NCBI GenBank assembly: GCA_964569015.1
Contig: CAZMSN010000001.1
Span: 36,439-95,444 of the forward strand
DNA: 59,006 nucleotides
Source of the DNA: an uncultured Acidimicrobiaceae bacterium
GTDB taxonomy: Bacteria > Actinomycetota > Acidimicrobiia > Spongiisociales > UBA5794
Direction: 5' to 3'
Shown: piece after piece, positions 10,433-21,583 of the stretch
How the letters are laid out: each line of letters starts with the position of its first letter
How positions within the stretch are numbered: position 1 is the first letter of the stretch
Notes under the pieces: generated by a model
What the model was told of the DNA's origin: nothing
Databases searched by the model: none
The model's input: the letters and a program-made list of their open reading frames with translations, nothing else
Translations under genes and position numbers: made by a program

Positions 10433-11280
10433 GCGCGCAGATACTCTCCGGAACCGAGGTGGCGTCCCTGGTCCGCTCCGAGGTCGCAGCACGCGTCGCG
10501 GCGCTGGCAGATCGGGGCAAGACCGTCGGGCTGGCCACGGTGATGGCCGGTGATGATCCCGCCTCGGAGATCTATGTGCGGAACAAGCACCGTGCCGTGG
10601 TGGCCGCCGGCATGTTGTCTTTCGACCACCATCTGGTGGCGGATGCCACCCAAGATGAGGTCGAGGCGGTTGTCCGCTCGCTCAACGCCGACGAGCGGGT
10701 CGACGGCATGATCGTGCAGCTCCCTCTTCCGGACGGTCTCGACGGCAACCGAGTGGTCGAAACGATCGATCCCGCCAAGGATGCCGACGGGCTCCATCCC
10801 CACAGCCTTGGCTTGCTGGTGCTGGGCAGGGAGGGTCCGGTGGCGGCAACGCCGCAGGGCATCATGCGCGTGCTCGGCCACTACGGCATCGACGTCGGCG
10901 GCAAACTCGTCGTCATCGTCGGTCGCTCCATCCTCGTCGGTCGCCCGCTCGGCTTGCTGCTGGGAGCCAAGGGTGTCGATGCCACGGTGGTGATGGCCCA
11001 TTCCCGCACTCCCGATCTGGCCGACTTGACCCGGCGCGCCGACATCCTCGTGGCCGCCGTGGGACGCCCTCTCATGTTCGGTGCCGAATACGTCAAGCCG
11101 GGCGCCGTCGTCATCGATGTCGGTATCAATCGCACCGAGAACGGGTTGGTCGGAGATGTCGACCTAGAGGCCGTCCGGCAGGTAGCCTCTGCGGTGACGC
11201 CTGTGCCCGGCGGCATCGGACCGATGACCATTGCGTGTCTTCTCGCCAACACTGTGGCGGCGGCGGAGCGTTCGGGCTGA
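10429..11280 (+). CDS. folD: Methylenetetrahydrofolate dehydrogenase/cyclohydrolase
   Basis: YVRNK, VQLPLP, KDADG, GRSILVGRP, VIDVGINR, TPVPGGIGPMT. Confidence 0.97.
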   Translation: MSAQILSGTEVASLVRSEVAARVAALADRGKTVGLATVMAGDDPASEIYVRNKHRAVVAAGMLSFDHHLVADATQDEVEAVVRSLNADERVDGMIVQLPLPDGLDGNRVVETIDPAKDADGLHPHSLGLLVLGREGPVAATPQGIMRVLGHYGIDVGGKLVVIVGRSILVGRPLGLLLGAKGVDATVVMAHSRTPDLADLTRRADILVAAVGRPLMFGAEYVKPGAVVIDVGINRTENGLVGDVDLEAVRQVASAVTPVPGGIGPMTIACLLANTVAAAERSG

Positions 11281-11307
11281 GACCGAACGCCGAATGGAGG
11301 TTCTGCA

Positions 11308-11808
11308 ATGACGGACCGCCCTGTGGATTTCCTAGAGGTTCAGCGGTTTCGCAGGTGGTGGTTCGCCTTGATCGTGGTGATTCCTGTGGTTGTGATGTGG
11401 TGGGGATTCGTGACCCAGATCGTGCTGGGCAAGGAGTGGGGCAGCAAGCCGGCTTCCGACGTCGTGGTATGGCTGCTGTGGGTCCTGCTCGGGATCGGGC
11501 TACCGGTGTGGCTGTGGAACCTGGGCGCCAAGACCACGGTCGACCGGGGAGGTGTTCACGTCCGATGGATCGCGTTTCCCTATCGGCGTGCTTTCGCCTT
11601 TGGTGACATCGAGCACCACGAGGTCGTCTCCTACAACCCGATTCGCGAGTTTGGGGGGTGGGGCATCCGCCGTGGCCGCCAGGGACGCGTCGCCTACAGC
11701 GTGCGCGGCGACCAGGGTGTGGAGCTGCGCCTCGGAGACGGGCGGCTGCTGGTGATCGGATCGCAGCGCCCCGGCGAACTGGACTCCGCGATCTCCAAGC
11801 GGGCATGA
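11308..11808 (+). CDS. Membrane protein, DUF6141/bacterial PH-like
   Basis: EVQRF start, two TM helices, YNPIREFGGWGIR and VIGSQRP motifs. Confidence 0.7.
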   Translation: MTDRPVDFLEVQRFRRWWFALIVVIPVVVMWWGFVTQIVLGKEWGSKPASDVVVWLLWVLLGIGLPVWLWNLGAKTTVDRGGVHVRWIAFPYRRAFAFGDIEHHEVVSYNPIREFGGWGIRRGRQGRVAYSVRGDQGVELRLGDGRLLVIGSQRPGELDSAISKRA

Positions 11809-11882
11809 GCCGGTTTCGGCGACCGGCCGTGAACAGTCGCTAGCCTCCCTCCCGACACCGAGCACCCGCCTCGAAGGGGAGC

Positions 11883-13088
11883 ATGATGGCGACCGAGATC
11901 ACGATGGGCCCGGACGGGCTGCAGGTACCCGACGAGCCGATCATCCCATTCATCGAGGGCGACGGCATCGGCTCGGATATCTGGAAGGCCGCTCGGCGTG
12001 TGTTCGATTCGGCGGTCGAGAAGGCCTACGGCGGCGCTCGCAGGGTGTCGTGGACCGAGGTCTTGGCCGGCCAGAGGTCGTACGATCGCACCGGACAGTG
12101 GCTTCCGGGCGAGACGGTGGATGCGTTCCGAACCCACCTCGTCGGTATCAAGGGCCCGCTGACGACGCCCGTGGGTGGCGGCATCCGCAGCCTCAACGTC
12201 GCCTTGCGCCAGATCCTCGATCTCTACGTGTGCCTGCGCCCGCTTCGCTGGTACCGCGGGGTCCCGTCCCCCGTCAAGCATCCGGAGCTGATCGACATGG
12301 TCGTCTTCCGGGAGAACACCGAGGATGTCTACGCCGGCATGGAGGTGGAGGCCGGGACCGATGGGGCGCTTGCGCTGCTCGATTTCCTCGACGAGCAGTT
12401 CGACTGGAAGATCCGGCCCGATACCGCGATTGGGATCAAGCCGGTGTCGAAGACCGGCTCGCAGCGCCTGGTCCGAGCTGCCATTCGGTATGCCATCGCC
12501 AACGGCCGCTCCTCGGTGACACTCGTGCACAAGGGCAACATCATGAAGTTCACCGAGGGCGCCTTCCGCGCCTGGGGCTACGAGCTGGTGAGAGAGGAGT
12601 TCTCGGACGTCGCCGTGTCGTGGGAGGACTCGGGCGGCGAACCCGGCGACCGGCTCCTGGTGAAGGACGCCATCGCCGACGCCTTCTTCCAACAGATCCT
12701 GACCCGTCCCTCCGAGTACGACGTGATCGCCACGCTCAACCTCAACGGCGACTACATCTCCGATGCCGTCGCTGCCCAGATCGGCGGCATCGGCATCGCC
12801 CCCGGCGGGAACATCAACTACGACACCGGCCACGCCATCTTCGAGGCAACCCACGGCACCGCGCCGAAGTACGCCGGTCTGGACAAGGTCAATCCGGGGT
12901 CGCTCGTTCTCTCCGGTGCGATCATGTTCCGCTATCTGGGCTGGGGAGAGGCCGCCGACCTCATCGAGGCCGGTCTGCAAGCCACCATCGGCGACAAGGT
13001 CGTCACCTATGACTTCGCCCGATTGATGGAGGGCGCCACCGAGGTGAAGACAAGCGAGTTCGCGCAGGCGTTGATCGACCGTATGTGA
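11883..13088 (+). CDS. icd: NADP-dependent isocitrate dehydrogenase (homodimeric, E. coli type)
   Basis: [57 protein letters not shown]. Confidence 0.97.
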   Translation: MMATEITMGPDGLQVPDEPIIPFIEGDGIGSDIWKAARRVFDSAVEKAYGGARRVSWTEVLAGQRSYDRTGQWLPGETVDAFRTHLVGIKGPLTTPVGGGIRSLNVALRQILDLYVCLRPLRWYRGVPSPVKHPELIDMVVFRENTEDVYAGMEVEAGTDGALALLDFLDEQFDWKIRPDTAIGIKPVSKTGSQRLVRAAIRYAIANGRSSVTLVHKGNIMKFTEGAFRAWGYELVREEFSDVAVSWEDSGGEPGDRLLVKDAIADAFFQQILTRPSEYDVIATLNLNGDYISDAVAAQIGGIGIAPGGNINYDTGHAIFEATHGTAPKYAGLDKVNPGSLVLSGAIMFRYLGWGEAADLIEAGLQATIGDKVVTYDFARLMEGATEVKTSEFAQALIDRM

Positions 13089-13098
13089 GCGGGCGCCC

Positions 13099-14130
13099 TC
13101 ACCATAGGGCGACGTAGATCAGGAGCACGTGCCCGGAGGGCTGGGCGCGCAGGTCCCACAGCTCGACCCAGTAGTCACGCCCACGTCCTCCTGCGTAGTG
13201 GCCGGCGATGTGATCGCCGTCCAGCTCGCCGAGCGACCCCGACAAGCCGCGTGACGCCAGCGCGTCCGTCACGTCTCGGGCGATGTCAACCAGGGCCTGA
13301 TCTCCGGCGAGGGCGTAGTAGGCGGGCGCGACGTGATCGGATCCGATGGCGGCGACCGCGGCGGTGTCGTAGAGGGGGGCCTCGGAGCGGTGCTCGATAG
13401 CGCCTGCCGGAAGGTAGGGGCGGCCGGTCGCCAGCCCGTCGGCGTCAACACCGAGCCACTGCTCAGTCCATACGATCCGGGCGGAGGAGAAATCCTCGGC
13501 GCGTCCCAGCACCACTGCGGCGACGGTCTCGGCCATGTCCTCCTCGGGGGCGGTGAGCGCATAATCGGTTGTGCCTTGAGGATCGGGGAGCTGCCAGCCC
13601 TCCTCGGTGTGGACCCATCCGACGGCTTCTCCGAAGCTGCGAACGAGTGTCGAGTCGCGGATGAGTGATACCGAGTCTCCGTTCGCAGCGGCGATGTCGT
13701 TGTCGGTGAGCGCCGCGAATTGCGCCGTGTGGGTGAGTTCGTGGGCGATTATGGCTTCCAGCGCCATGCTGCCCGCTCGCGAGGAGAATGTGGCGTCGGT
13801 GAGGTAGATATCCGGTCCTCGTGCAAAAGCCTGCGTTCCCGGCTCTGCAGCCGGATCATCAGGGATGCGGTAGACGGTGCGCAGTCCGGCCTTGGCCCAC
13901 AGCGCCTCGGGAATCTGTTCGAGGGCGTCCGCCAGCCGCTCCATCTCGTTGGCGTCGGAGGACGTGTCGACTCCCAGCACATCGATGCCCGACACCGTCC
14001 TGCGCCAATCGGCCGGTCCCGGTGTCTGCACCTCCACCGGTGAATCGGTGGCCGAGTCGGGGGTACCCAGCGTGCACGCCGTCGTGAATACGGCGGCCGC
14101 CAGCGCCAGCCCGAAGAGACGTCGCGGCAT
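13099..14130 (-). CDS. Putative lipoprotein with zincin metallopeptidase motif
   Basis: Lipobox-like FTTAC after a hydrophobic signal; HEXXH (AHELTH) and downstream DYALTAPEEDMAE. Confidence 0.65.
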   Translation of the reverse strand: MPRRLFGLALAAAVFTTACTLGTPDSATDSPVEVQTPGPADWRRTVSGIDVLGVDTSSDANEMERLADALEQIPEALWAKAGLRTVYRIPDDPAAEPGTQAFARGPDIYLTDATFSSRAGSMALEAIIAHELTHTAQFAALTDNDIAAANGDSVSLIRDSTLVRSFGEAVGWVHTEEGWQLPDPQGTTDYALTAPEEDMAETVAAVVLGRAEDFSSARIVWTEQWLGVDADGLATGRPYLPAGAIEHRSEAPLYDTAAVAAIGSDHVAPAYYALAGDQALVDIARDVTDALASRGLSGSLGELDGDHIAGHYAGGRGRDYWVELWDLRAQPSGHVLLIYVALW

Positions 14131-14289
14131 CGACCCATTGTCCCAGACCCGGGATCGATCGCGGCGAGATTCCGGTTCCGTCCCGATTCGCCCTGAACAT
14201 CGCCAACGTCACTGGACGGGGCACTAGGGTTGTAGGCCGCTGTAACCCCACGTGTTCGCTCGGTTTCTCTCGACACAGGAGCGCCAGGA

Positions 14290-15225
14290 ATGAGCAAGAT
14301 CACCGTGGTCGGTGCGGGCAACTACGGTTCGGCCACCGCCCGACGTATTTCCGAGATGGGCTCTGTCGACGAGGTCGTGCTGATCGACATAGTCGAAGGA
14401 CGGCCACAGGGTCTCGCCCTCGACCTGAATCAGTCCCGCCCGATGGTGCGCTTCCGCACGAGAGTGATCGGGTCCAATGACTACGACGACACCGCCGACA
14501 GCGAGGTCGTCGTCATCACCGCCGGTCTTCCTCGCAAACCGGGCATGTCCCGCATGGACCTTCTCGAGGTCAACGCCAAGATCGTCAAGGGCGTCACCAA
14601 GGAGATCGTCGAGCGCTCCCCCGATGCCGTGCTCATCGTGGTGACCAATCCGCTCGATCAGATGACGACCCTGGCGGCAGAGGTCTCCGGCTTTCCCCGC
14701 ACCCGGGTCATGGGCCAGGCAGGAGTGCTCGACAGCGCCCGCTTCGCCCACTTCATCGCCGAGCACACCGACACCGACGTGCTGGACGTCCATGCCGTCA
14801 CGCTGGGAAGCCACGGCGACACGATGGTTCCCGCCCCGTCGCTGTGCCGGGTGGGGAGCATCCCGCTCGTGGAGCTCGTTGACGCTGCTACCGTCGACGA
14901 GCTGGTCGCGCACACCCGCAACGCCGGCGCCGAGATCGTCGGTCTCCTCAAGACCGGCAGTGCCTACTTCGCGCCGTCGGCGGCCGCCGCCGCCATGGCG
15001 GAAGCGGTTGTGGAGGACACCCGAACCGAGATGCCGGTGTGCGCCTGGCTGACGGGGGAGTACGGCATCAACGACGTCTACGTAGGTGTCATCGCCCGTC
15101 TGGGTGCCGGCGGGGTCCAAGAGGTTCTCGAACTCGGCCTCACGATCGAGGAGCTCCATGCGTTGCGCACGGCGGCCGAAGCCGTCCGCGCCAAGGTCGC
15201 CGATCTCGAGCTGATCGAGTACTGA
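14290..15225 (+). CDS. mdh: Malate dehydrogenase (LDH-like)
   Basis: VGAGNYG, TAGLPRKPGMSRMDL, VTNPLD, LDSARF, GSHGD. Confidence 0.95.
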   Translation: MSKITVVGAGNYGSATARRISEMGSVDEVVLIDIVEGRPQGLALDLNQSRPMVRFRTRVIGSNDYDDTADSEVVVITAGLPRKPGMSRMDLLEVNAKIVKGVTKEIVERSPDAVLIVVTNPLDQMTTLAAEVSGFPRTRVMGQAGVLDSARFAHFIAEHTDTDVLDVHAVTLGSHGDTMVPAPSLCRVGSIPLVELVDAATVDELVAHTRNAGAEIVGLLKTGSAYFAPSAAAAAMAEAVVEDTRTEMPVCAWLTGEYGINDVYVGVIARLGAGGVQEVLELGLTIEELHALRTAAEAVRAKVADLELIEY

Positions 15226-15262
15226 GGGGGAGGCCCCCCGGATCTTCGGGAGAGCCGATCGT

Positions 15263-15646
15263 TCAGACGGCGACGTCCATACCCGAAAGGGCTTCCGTCC
15301 ATTTGTTGATGACGCCCTGATTCATCATCAGGGTCGCCATGTCGCCCTCCACCTTGATCTTGCCCGTCATGAACGCCGTCTGCGTGTTCAGTTCACCCTT
15401 CGACAGGCTCGCGGCGGTGTCGTAGCTGCTGGTGATGCTGGCGTCGGCCCGGTCGAGCTGTCCGAGTGCCATGGTGGCGCTGCCGTCGGCGATCCTGAGG
15501 TAGTACGAGATGTCCCCGTTGTCTCGGGCGACCATGAACTGGAGGCCGAGGCCGACTTCGCTGATGGCCTTGGAGAAATCCTCGTTGCCGGCGAGGCGCT
15601 CGGTCGCCTCCCGCATGTAGTCGTCGCTGAGGAACTGCACGGCCAA
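15263..15646 (-). CDS. SCP2 sterol-binding domain protein
   Basis: QFLSDDY start and QTAFMTGKIKVEGDM motif. Confidence 0.85.
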   Translation of the reverse strand: MAVQFLSDDYMREATERLAGNEDFSKAISEVGLGLQFMVARDNGDISYYLRIADGSATMALGQLDRADASITSSYDTAASLSKGELNTQTAFMTGKIKVEGDMATLMMNQGVINKWTEALSGMDVAV

Positions 15647-15746
15647 GGTTGGTCCTTCCGCTGCTGCGTCACCCGGGAGGTGGACTCAGCGCCAGCATAG
15701 TGACGCTCCCCGAATCTGAACGATCGATCGAGCTGCCGTCGCGGCT

Positions 15747-16511
15747 CTATCGCTGTCCCGCCCGGCGGCGGTCCTTGAACATGGCGGCGACGTAGTCACG
15801 GTTCATGAACGCGATGTAGTCGATGCTGATGGACTTGGGGCACGCTTTCTCGCACTCGCCGTGGTTGGTGCAGGATCCGAAGTAGTCCTCCATCGTGTCC
15901 ACCATCGAAACGACTCGAGAGTATCGCTCGGGCTGGCCCTGGGGGAGAAGGTTGAGGTGGGCGAGTTTGGCGGCCGTGAAGAGCTGGGCGGCGCTGTTGG
16001 GGCACGCCGCCACGCAGGCGGCACACCCGATGCAGGATGCGGCGTCGATCGACGCTTCCGCTGCCTCGACGGGGACGAGGGTCAAATTGGCCTCCGGTGC
16101 GCTCCCGATCGGGGCTGTGATGTATCCGCCCGCCTCGATGATGCAGTCGAGAGCGCCGCGATCGACGATCAGGTCGCGCACGATCGGCAGCGCGGCCGCA
16201 CGCCACGGCTCGATCACGATCGTGTCGCCGTCGTCGAACTTCCTCATGTGAAGCTGGCAAGTGGCGGTGCCTTGCTGCGGCCCATGGGCGTGGCCGTTGA
16301 TCATCACGCCGCACATGCCGCAGATGCCCTCACGACAGTCGTGGTCGAAGGCGATCGGCTCTTCGCCCTGTTCGACGAGGCTCTCGTTCACCTGGTCGAG
16401 CATCTCGAGGAACGAGGCATCGCGGCTGATTCCCTTGGCCACATACTCCCGGAAGGCACCGGGCTGGTTCGGTCCGGCCTGGCGCCAGACGCGCAACGTG
16501 AAATCCATCAC
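15747..16511 (-). CDS. sdhB: Succinate dehydrogenase/fumarate reductase Fe-S subunit
   Basis: [33 protein letters not shown]. Confidence 0.96.
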   Translation of the reverse strand: MMDFTLRVWRQAGPNQPGAFREYVAKGISRDASFLEMLDQVNESLVEQGEEPIAFDHDCREGICGMCGVMINGHAHGPQQGTATCQLHMRKFDDGDTIVIEPWRAAALPIVRDLIVDRGALDCIIEAGGYITAPIGSAPEANLTLVPVEAAEASIDAASCIGCAACVAACPNSAAQLFTAAKLAHLNLLPQGQPERYSRVVSMVDTMEDYFGSCTNHGECEKACPKSISIDYIAFMNRDYVAAMFKDRRRAGQR

Positions 16512-18430
16512 TTGTAGCTCCTCTGCTCCAGCTCGACAGAGTCGAACCGCAGGGGCTCCTTGTGACGGATCGGCTCTGCATCAGGGCCCCGCCACTCCCA
16601 CGCCGACACGTGGAGCTGGCTGACGTCATCGCGCTGGGCCTCGCCGTCCTCGGTCTGATGCTCGATCCGGAAATGCCCGCCGCACGATTCCTCCCGATCG
16701 AGGGCGTCGCGGCACACCAGCGCCGCCAGCTCGAGAAAATCGGCGACCCGTCCTGCCTTTTCCAGCGATTGATTGAGGGTGTCGGCATCGCCGAGGACGC
16801 GCACGTTGTTCCAGAACTCCTCGCGGAGGATCGGAATCCGGCCGAGCGCGTCCTCGAGGCCGCTGCGGCTGCGTGCCATGCCGCAGTACTTGATCATGAC
16901 CTTGCCGATTTCCCGGTGGAACCAGTCGACGGTGCGTTCACCATTCACCGCCAGTATCCGGCTCACCTGCTCTTCGACGGCACGCTCGGCCTCCAAGAAT
17001 TCCGGGTGGTCGGTGGGGACGGGAGCAGAGTCGAGCCAATCGGCGAGGTAGTCACCGATGGTGGAGGGCAACACGAAGTAGCCGTCTGCCAGTCCCTGCA
17101 TCAACGCGCTCGCTCCGAGGCGATTGGCCCCGTGGTCGGAGAAGTTGGCTTCGCCGATGGCGAAGAGGCCGGTGATGGTCGTCATCAGGTTGTAGTCGAC
17201 CCACAGGCCACCCATCGTGTAGTGGGGGGCCGGGTAGATGCGCATCGGGACCCAGTAGGGGTCCTCGTCGGTGATGCGCTCGTACATCTCGAACAGGTTG
17301 CCGTAGCGGTGTTCGATGGTGGACCGCCCGAGGCGGTCGATGGCGTCGGCGAAATCCAGGTAGACGCCGTTGCGGAGTGGCCCGACGCCACGGCGCTGGT
17401 CGATGATGCGCATGGCGGCCCGGGAGGCGACGTCCCGCGGCACCAAGTTGCCGAAAGCCGGGTACTGGCGTTCCAGGTAGTAGTCCCGCTCCGACTCGGG
17501 GATCTCATCGGGGGGTCGGGTGTCGGCGGCGTCGAGTGGCACCCAGATGCGCCCGTCGTTGCGGAGAGACTCGGACATCAGCGTCAGTTTCGCTTGGTAC
17601 TCGTCACTGGCGGGGATGGCCGTCGGGTGGATCTGGGTGTAGCAGGGATTGGCGAAGAGGGCTCCCCTGCGATGGGCTCGCCAAATGCCGGTGGCGTTGC
17701 ACGCCATGGCATTGGTGGAGAGGAAGAACACGTTGCTGTAGCCACCCGTTGCCAGCACTACGGCATGTGCCGAATGGGAGGTGACCTCACCGGTGACCAG
17801 ATCACGGACCACGATCCCGACAGCGCGTCCCTCGTGGACCACGACGTCGAGCATCTCGGTGCGCTTGTGCAGCTCAACTGTGCCGAGGTGGACCTGACGG
17901 GCGAGGGCTTGGTAGGCGCCGAGCAGGAGCTGCTGGCCCGTCTGGCCGCGGGCGTAGAACGTGCGCGACACCTGGGCGCCGCCGAAGGAGCGGTTGTCGA
18001 GGGTGCCGCCGTACTCGCGGGCAAAGGGCACACCCTGGGCCACACATTGGTCGATGATCTCGTTGGAGACCTGCGCCAGCCGGTAGACGTTCGCCTCGCG
18101 GGAGCGAAAGTCGCCGCCCTTCACCGTGTCGTGGAACAGCCGGAGGATGCTGTCGCCGTCGTTCGGGTAGTTCTTGGCGGCGTTGATGCCGCCTTGGGCT
18201 GCGATGCTGTGGGCCCGCCGGGGCGAGTCGTGGTAGGTGAATGCCTTGACGTGGTAGCCCAGCTCACCGAGCGTGGCGGCGGCCGAGGCACCGGCGAGCC
18301 CGGTGCCGACGACGATGATCTCGAACCTGCGCTTGTTGGCCGGGCTGATGGGCCGGATGTCGGAGCGGTGCGCGTCCCACTTGCCCTCGATCGGGCCTGC
18401 CGGGATCTTGGCGTCGAGTGTGATGCTCAC
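16508..18430 (-). CDS. sdhA: Succinate dehydrogenase/fumarate reductase flavoprotein
   Basis: [20 protein letters not shown] (FAD-His), [26 protein letters not shown]. Confidence 0.96.
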   Translation of the reverse strand: MSITLDAKIPAGPIEGKWDAHRSDIRPISPANKRRFEIIVVGTGLAGASAAATLGELGYHVKAFTYHDSPRRAHSIAAQGGINAAKNYPNDGDSILRLFHDTVKGGDFRSREANVYRLAQVSNEIIDQCVAQGVPFAREYGGTLDNRSFGGAQVSRTFYARGQTGQQLLLGAYQALARQVHLGTVELHKRTEMLDVVVHEGRAVGIVVRDLVTGEVTSHSAHAVVLATGGYSNVFFLSTNAMACNATGIWRAHRRGALFANPCYTQIHPTAIPASDEYQAKLTLMSESLRNDGRIWVPLDAADTRPPDEIPESERDYYLERQYPAFGNLVPRDVASRAAMRIIDQRRGVGPLRNGVYLDFADAIDRLGRSTIEHRYGNLFEMYERITDEDPYWVPMRIYPAPHYTMGGLWVDYNLMTTITGLFAIGEANFSDHGANRLGASALMQGLADGYFVLPSTIGDYLADWLDSAPVPTDHPEFLEAERAVEEQVSRILAVNGERTVDWFHREIGKVMIKYCGMARSRSGLEDALGRIPILREEFWNNVRVLGDADTLNQSLEKAGRVADFLELAALVCRDALDREESCGGHFRIEHQTEDGEAQRDDVSQLHVSAWEWRGPDAEPIRHKEPLRFDSVELEQRSYK

Positions 18431-18452
18431 CTTCTGGTCATCCTCTCCGGGC

Positions 18453-19181
18453 CTAGGCGATGATGCCGAGCTGGACCGCGATCGGGAAGCTGAGATTCCC
18501 GACCAGAATCACCCCAGCGACCCCGACTGCAAGGTAGCGCCGCCATTTGTTGAATCGCAGGTTGTTGATTCCGATGCTCTGAAACAGGCTCCACGCCCCG
18601 TGGTAGATGTGCGGGACGAGGGCGAGGTTGGCGACGATGTACAGCGCTGCCACCGGGATCCGTTCGAAGCTGGCGATCATGTTGGAGTACGGGTCGCCGC
18701 GCGAGAAGTCGGGATTGGTGGTGCCCCAGGTCAGATCGGCGAGGTGGAACACCAGGAACAGCAGCACGATGGTCCCGCTCCACCGCATCGTGCGTGAGGC
18801 GTAGTCGGCAGCCAGGTAGTCGCGCTTCGACCGGTAGCGCTCGGCGCCCCGTGCCTTGGCGTTGCGGTAGGTGAGGTAGTAGGCGGAGTAGATGTGGACG
18901 GCGAAGGCGGTGGCGAGCACGATTCGCAGGATCCACAGCACGTGGGTGCGCGGGGCGAGGTGGCCGCCGAGGTCTCGCAGTGCCTCCCCGTACTCGTTGA
19001 TGCTCTCTGGTCCGAGGTAGACCTTCATGTTGCCGAGCATGTGGACGAGGACGTAGCCGAGCAGCACGATGCCGCTGACCGCCATGGCCCATTTCTTGCC
19101 GATGTAGGACTGGAAGAACGTGAGTGGCCAGGGGAGCGTACGCCGGCTCCGGGTGTCGCCCTTCTGTTTGGTCACGGTCAC
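18453..19181 (-). CDS. sdhC: Succinate dehydrogenase cytochrome b subunit
   Basis: [22 protein letters not shown] heme-ligand motifs; first gene of the sdhCAB operon. Confidence 0.92.
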   Translation of the reverse strand: MTVTKQKGDTRSRRTLPWPLTFFQSYIGKKWAMAVSGIVLLGYVLVHMLGNMKVYLGPESINEYGEALRDLGGHLAPRTHVLWILRIVLATAFAVHIYSAYYLTYRNAKARGAERYRSKRDYLAADYASRTMRWSGTIVLLFLVFHLADLTWGTTNPDFSRGDPYSNMIASFERIPVAALYIVANLALVPHIYHGAWSLFQSIGINNLRFNKWRRYLAVGVAGVILVGNLSFPIAVQLGIIA

Positions 19182-19410
19182 CGCGTTCCCTTCTTCTCAG
19201 CGGCGCGGCGGGCCATTATGCCGGAAGCCTACGCCGGGGGAGTGTCGCGAGACGAGGGCACTGGGGGAAGCCGGGCAGTGCGCTGCCGGGGCGGTGCGCC
19301 CGTCTCGGCGGCGTTCGCGAGCCGGACGCAACCCGTCGCGGGTGGTGCCTCATCCTCGCCGAACCGATCGCGTGCCGTCGAGAACACAAGTAGCGCAGGG
19401 GCTTTCTGGG

Positions 19411-19458
19411 TTGACAGCCGCGCGCAGCCTTGGTTGAATTACAAGAGCGTAATTACAA
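19411..19458 (+). promoter_or_regulatory. Probable whiB promoter with AT-rich direct repeat
   Basis: TTGACA at 19411-19416; AATTACAA repeated at 19437 and 19451. Confidence 0.45.
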
Positions 19459-19475
19459 CCGTGTAGGAGATCGGC

Positions 19476-19757
19476 GTGTTCTCTCAGCTTCTCGAGGCAT
19501 TGGGCAGCGAGGAACTGGCCTGGCAGGATCTCGCAAACTGCCGTGGCGCCAACCCGGATCTGTTCTTTCCGGAGCGAGGTGCCTCCACTCGAACCGCTAA
19601 ATCCATCTGCCGGGAGTGCTCGGTCCGCGATGCCTGCCTCGAATTCGCTATCACGAGTAGCGAGAAATTCGGGATCTGGGGAGGCATGTCGGAACGAGAG
19701 CGCCGGCGGATTCGTCGCCAGCGTGCCCTCGCCGGCGAGCAGCGCAAGGCTTCCTGA
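19476..19757 (+). CDS. whiB: WhiB-family transcriptional regulator
   Basis: Four Cys (C...CxxC...C), DLFFPERG, GIWGG motif; AGGAG RBS. Confidence 0.95.
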   Translation: MFSQLLEALGSEELAWQDLANCRGANPDLFFPERGASTRTAKSICRECSVRDACLEFAITSSEKFGIWGGMSERERRRIRRQRALAGEQRKAS

Positions 19758-19847
19758 CCGAAGCCGTGCCTGGGTTCGGCAGCATCTCGTCAGCTTCGTT
19801 GTGCATCCCGTACAATCGTGAGAGATGGCACGAGAGGAGCCGATCGC

Positions 19848-20771
19848 ATGATTCCGGGCCTAGCCATCCTTCTCGCGATTGCCCTGATCGCTCTGGTCGT
19901 GTTCGCGGCGCGTCACAGCGCCGAACAACAGCCGCCGGATGCCGAGGCCGGCCTGCCGGCGGCGCCGTTGGGGCTGTACGTTCCCGCCGCTGAGTTCCAT
20001 GTCGAATCGGGAGAAGCCCGCGTCTACTTCGATGTTCCCCTGCCGGCCGGAGCCCCGGATCCGGTGCTACGTGACCTCCTGATCTACCAAGCGGTGGAGG
20101 TGGTGCGCCGCAAGCGCTTTGCTCACTTCCCGCTGGAGGGCATCGACACCGTCCGGGCCTACGGCACCCGGGCTGGCGGGCCGGCCGAGGCCGGATCGGT
20201 GATCCTGGACGAGCCGGACATCCTGCCCGCGGTCCCGGCCCCCGATCTGGTGCCACACGCCGCCACAGCCGGATACGATCCCCTAGCTCAGATTGCGGAG
20301 GAGGATCTGGTACGCGCTCCCGGCCTCGCAGGCGATCTCGAGGGAGACACCTTGGCACCGATCTGCGAGGAGGTCCGGCTCACCAAGGCTCTGGACGCCG
20401 GCCTGCGGGCCCAGGGCATCGATCCACGCCTCATGTCCGCCACCGACCTCACGTTGGGCCTGCTCCGGATCGCCGGGTACTCCATCGTCCCGGGAGAGGG
20501 CTCCGGCACCTTTCTGGCAACCCGCGGGGGGAAGCGCACCTACCTGCTCGTCGTCGATCATCACCCCGAGGAGCACCCCGAGCTGTCGGAGCGGGCCATC
20601 AAGGAGTTCGCCGCCGCTTTCGCGACGATGCAGGGCGTGGATCATGGCTTGCTCATCACCGACAAGCACGGGCCGTATCTCATCTACGACCAGGAGCGGC
20701 GCGAGCCGCGCTGCCGCTACATCACACGAGAGCGCCTGCAGGCCTTCGTCGACTCGGTGGCCGTGAGCTGA
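19848..20771 (+). CDS. Membrane-anchored hypothetical protein; C-terminus possibly restriction-endonuclease-like fold
   Basis: N-terminal TM helix, RBS AGGAG; C-terminal DHGLLITD...YITRERLQAF resembles the end of Mrr-like domains. Confidence 0.55.
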   Translation: MIPGLAILLAIALIALVVFAARHSAEQQPPDAEAGLPAAPLGLYVPAAEFHVESGEARVYFDVPLPAGAPDPVLRDLLIYQAVEVVRRKRFAHFPLEGIDTVRAYGTRAGGPAEAGSVILDEPDILPAVPAPDLVPHAATAGYDPLAQIAEEDLVRAPGLAGDLEGDTLAPICEEVRLTKALDAGLRAQGIDPRLMSATDLTLGLLRIAGYSIVPGEGSGTFLATRGGKRTYLLVVDHHPEEHPELSERAIKEFAAAFATMQGVDHGLLITDKHGPYLIYDQERREPRCRYITRERLQAFVDSVAVS

Positions 20772-20839
20772 CAGCCTGCGGTCCGGCGAGGATCGGACCT
20801 CCGGCCCGTTACACTCCCATGCGATCAAAGGAGTTCCGC

Positions 20840-21016
20840 GTGTTCAGACAGATCGGTGGATGGGAGATCGTCATCATCCTGGTCATCGTCCTACTGCTCT
20901 TCGGTGCCCGGAAGCTCCCCGGTCTCGCCCGGTCGCTCGGGGCGTCCGCCAAGGAGTTCCGCAAGGGACTCGAAGAAGGCATCGACGACGAGGACGATTC
21001 CCCCACCGAGACCTGA
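20840..21016 (+). CDS. tatA: Twin-arginine translocase TatA/TatE subunit
   Basis: IGGWEIVIILVIVLLLFGARKLPGLARSLG...EFRKG; GTG start after AAGGAG. Confidence 0.93.
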   Translation: MFRQIGGWEIVIILVIVLLLFGARKLPGLARSLGASAKEFRKGLEEGIDDEDDSPTET

Positions 21017-21024
21017 GCCGAGCG

Positions 21025-21050
21025 GGAACCGTCCGCCGCCCTGATACGTT
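21025..21050 (+). promoter_or_regulatory. ECF (SigE/SigH-type) promoter, likely autoregulatory
   Basis: GGAAC-N17-CGTT immediately upstream of the ECF sigma gene. Confidence 0.75.
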
Positions 21051-21073
21051 GACCGTGAGGAGTCGGGGGAGGC

Positions 21074-21583
21074 ATGGCCGAAGAACTCGTCCCAACGTGG
21101 GAAGACGTAGCACGACGATATGGGCGGAAGATATACAACTTCGCGTACCGCCTCACCGGAAACCCGGACGACGCCGCCGATCTGGTCCAGGACGTGCTCT
21201 TGCGCGTCCGCAAGGGCCTCGCCGCTTACACGCCGGGGTCCTTTGACGGCTGGCTGTGGCGGATCACCCGCAACGCCTTTCTCGACGGCGTCCGGCGCCG
21301 CCAGCGCCGTCCCACGTCGCCGCTTCCCGACGACGACCGCCTCCTGGCCTCTTCGAGCCCCTCCCCGGACGAGGTACTCGCCTCGGTGCGTCTCTCGGAG
21401 GACATCCAGTCGGCATTGCTCAAGGTGCCGCTCGATTTCCGAGAGTGCGTCGTGCTCTGCGACGTGGTGGGCCTCACCTATGAGGAGATCGCCGAGGCGG
21501 TCGAAGCGCCGGTGGGGACGGTCCGGAGCCGCATTCACCGGGGGCGCCGCATGCTGCGGGAGCTGCTGACATGGCCCGTATGA
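21074..21583 (+). CDS. sigE: ECF RNA polymerase sigma factor, SigE-like
   Basis: PTWEDVARRY...AYRLTGNPDDAADLVQD, WLWRITRN, TYEEIAE...GTVRSRIHRGR. Confidence 0.88.
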   Translation: MAEELVPTWEDVARRYGRKIYNFAYRLTGNPDDAADLVQDVLLRVRKGLAAYTPGSFDGWLWRITRNAFLDGVRRRQRRPTSPLPDDDRLLASSSPSPDEVLASVRLSEDIQSALLKVPLDFRECVVLCDVVGLTYEEIAEAVEAPVGTVRSRIHRGRRMLRELLTWPV

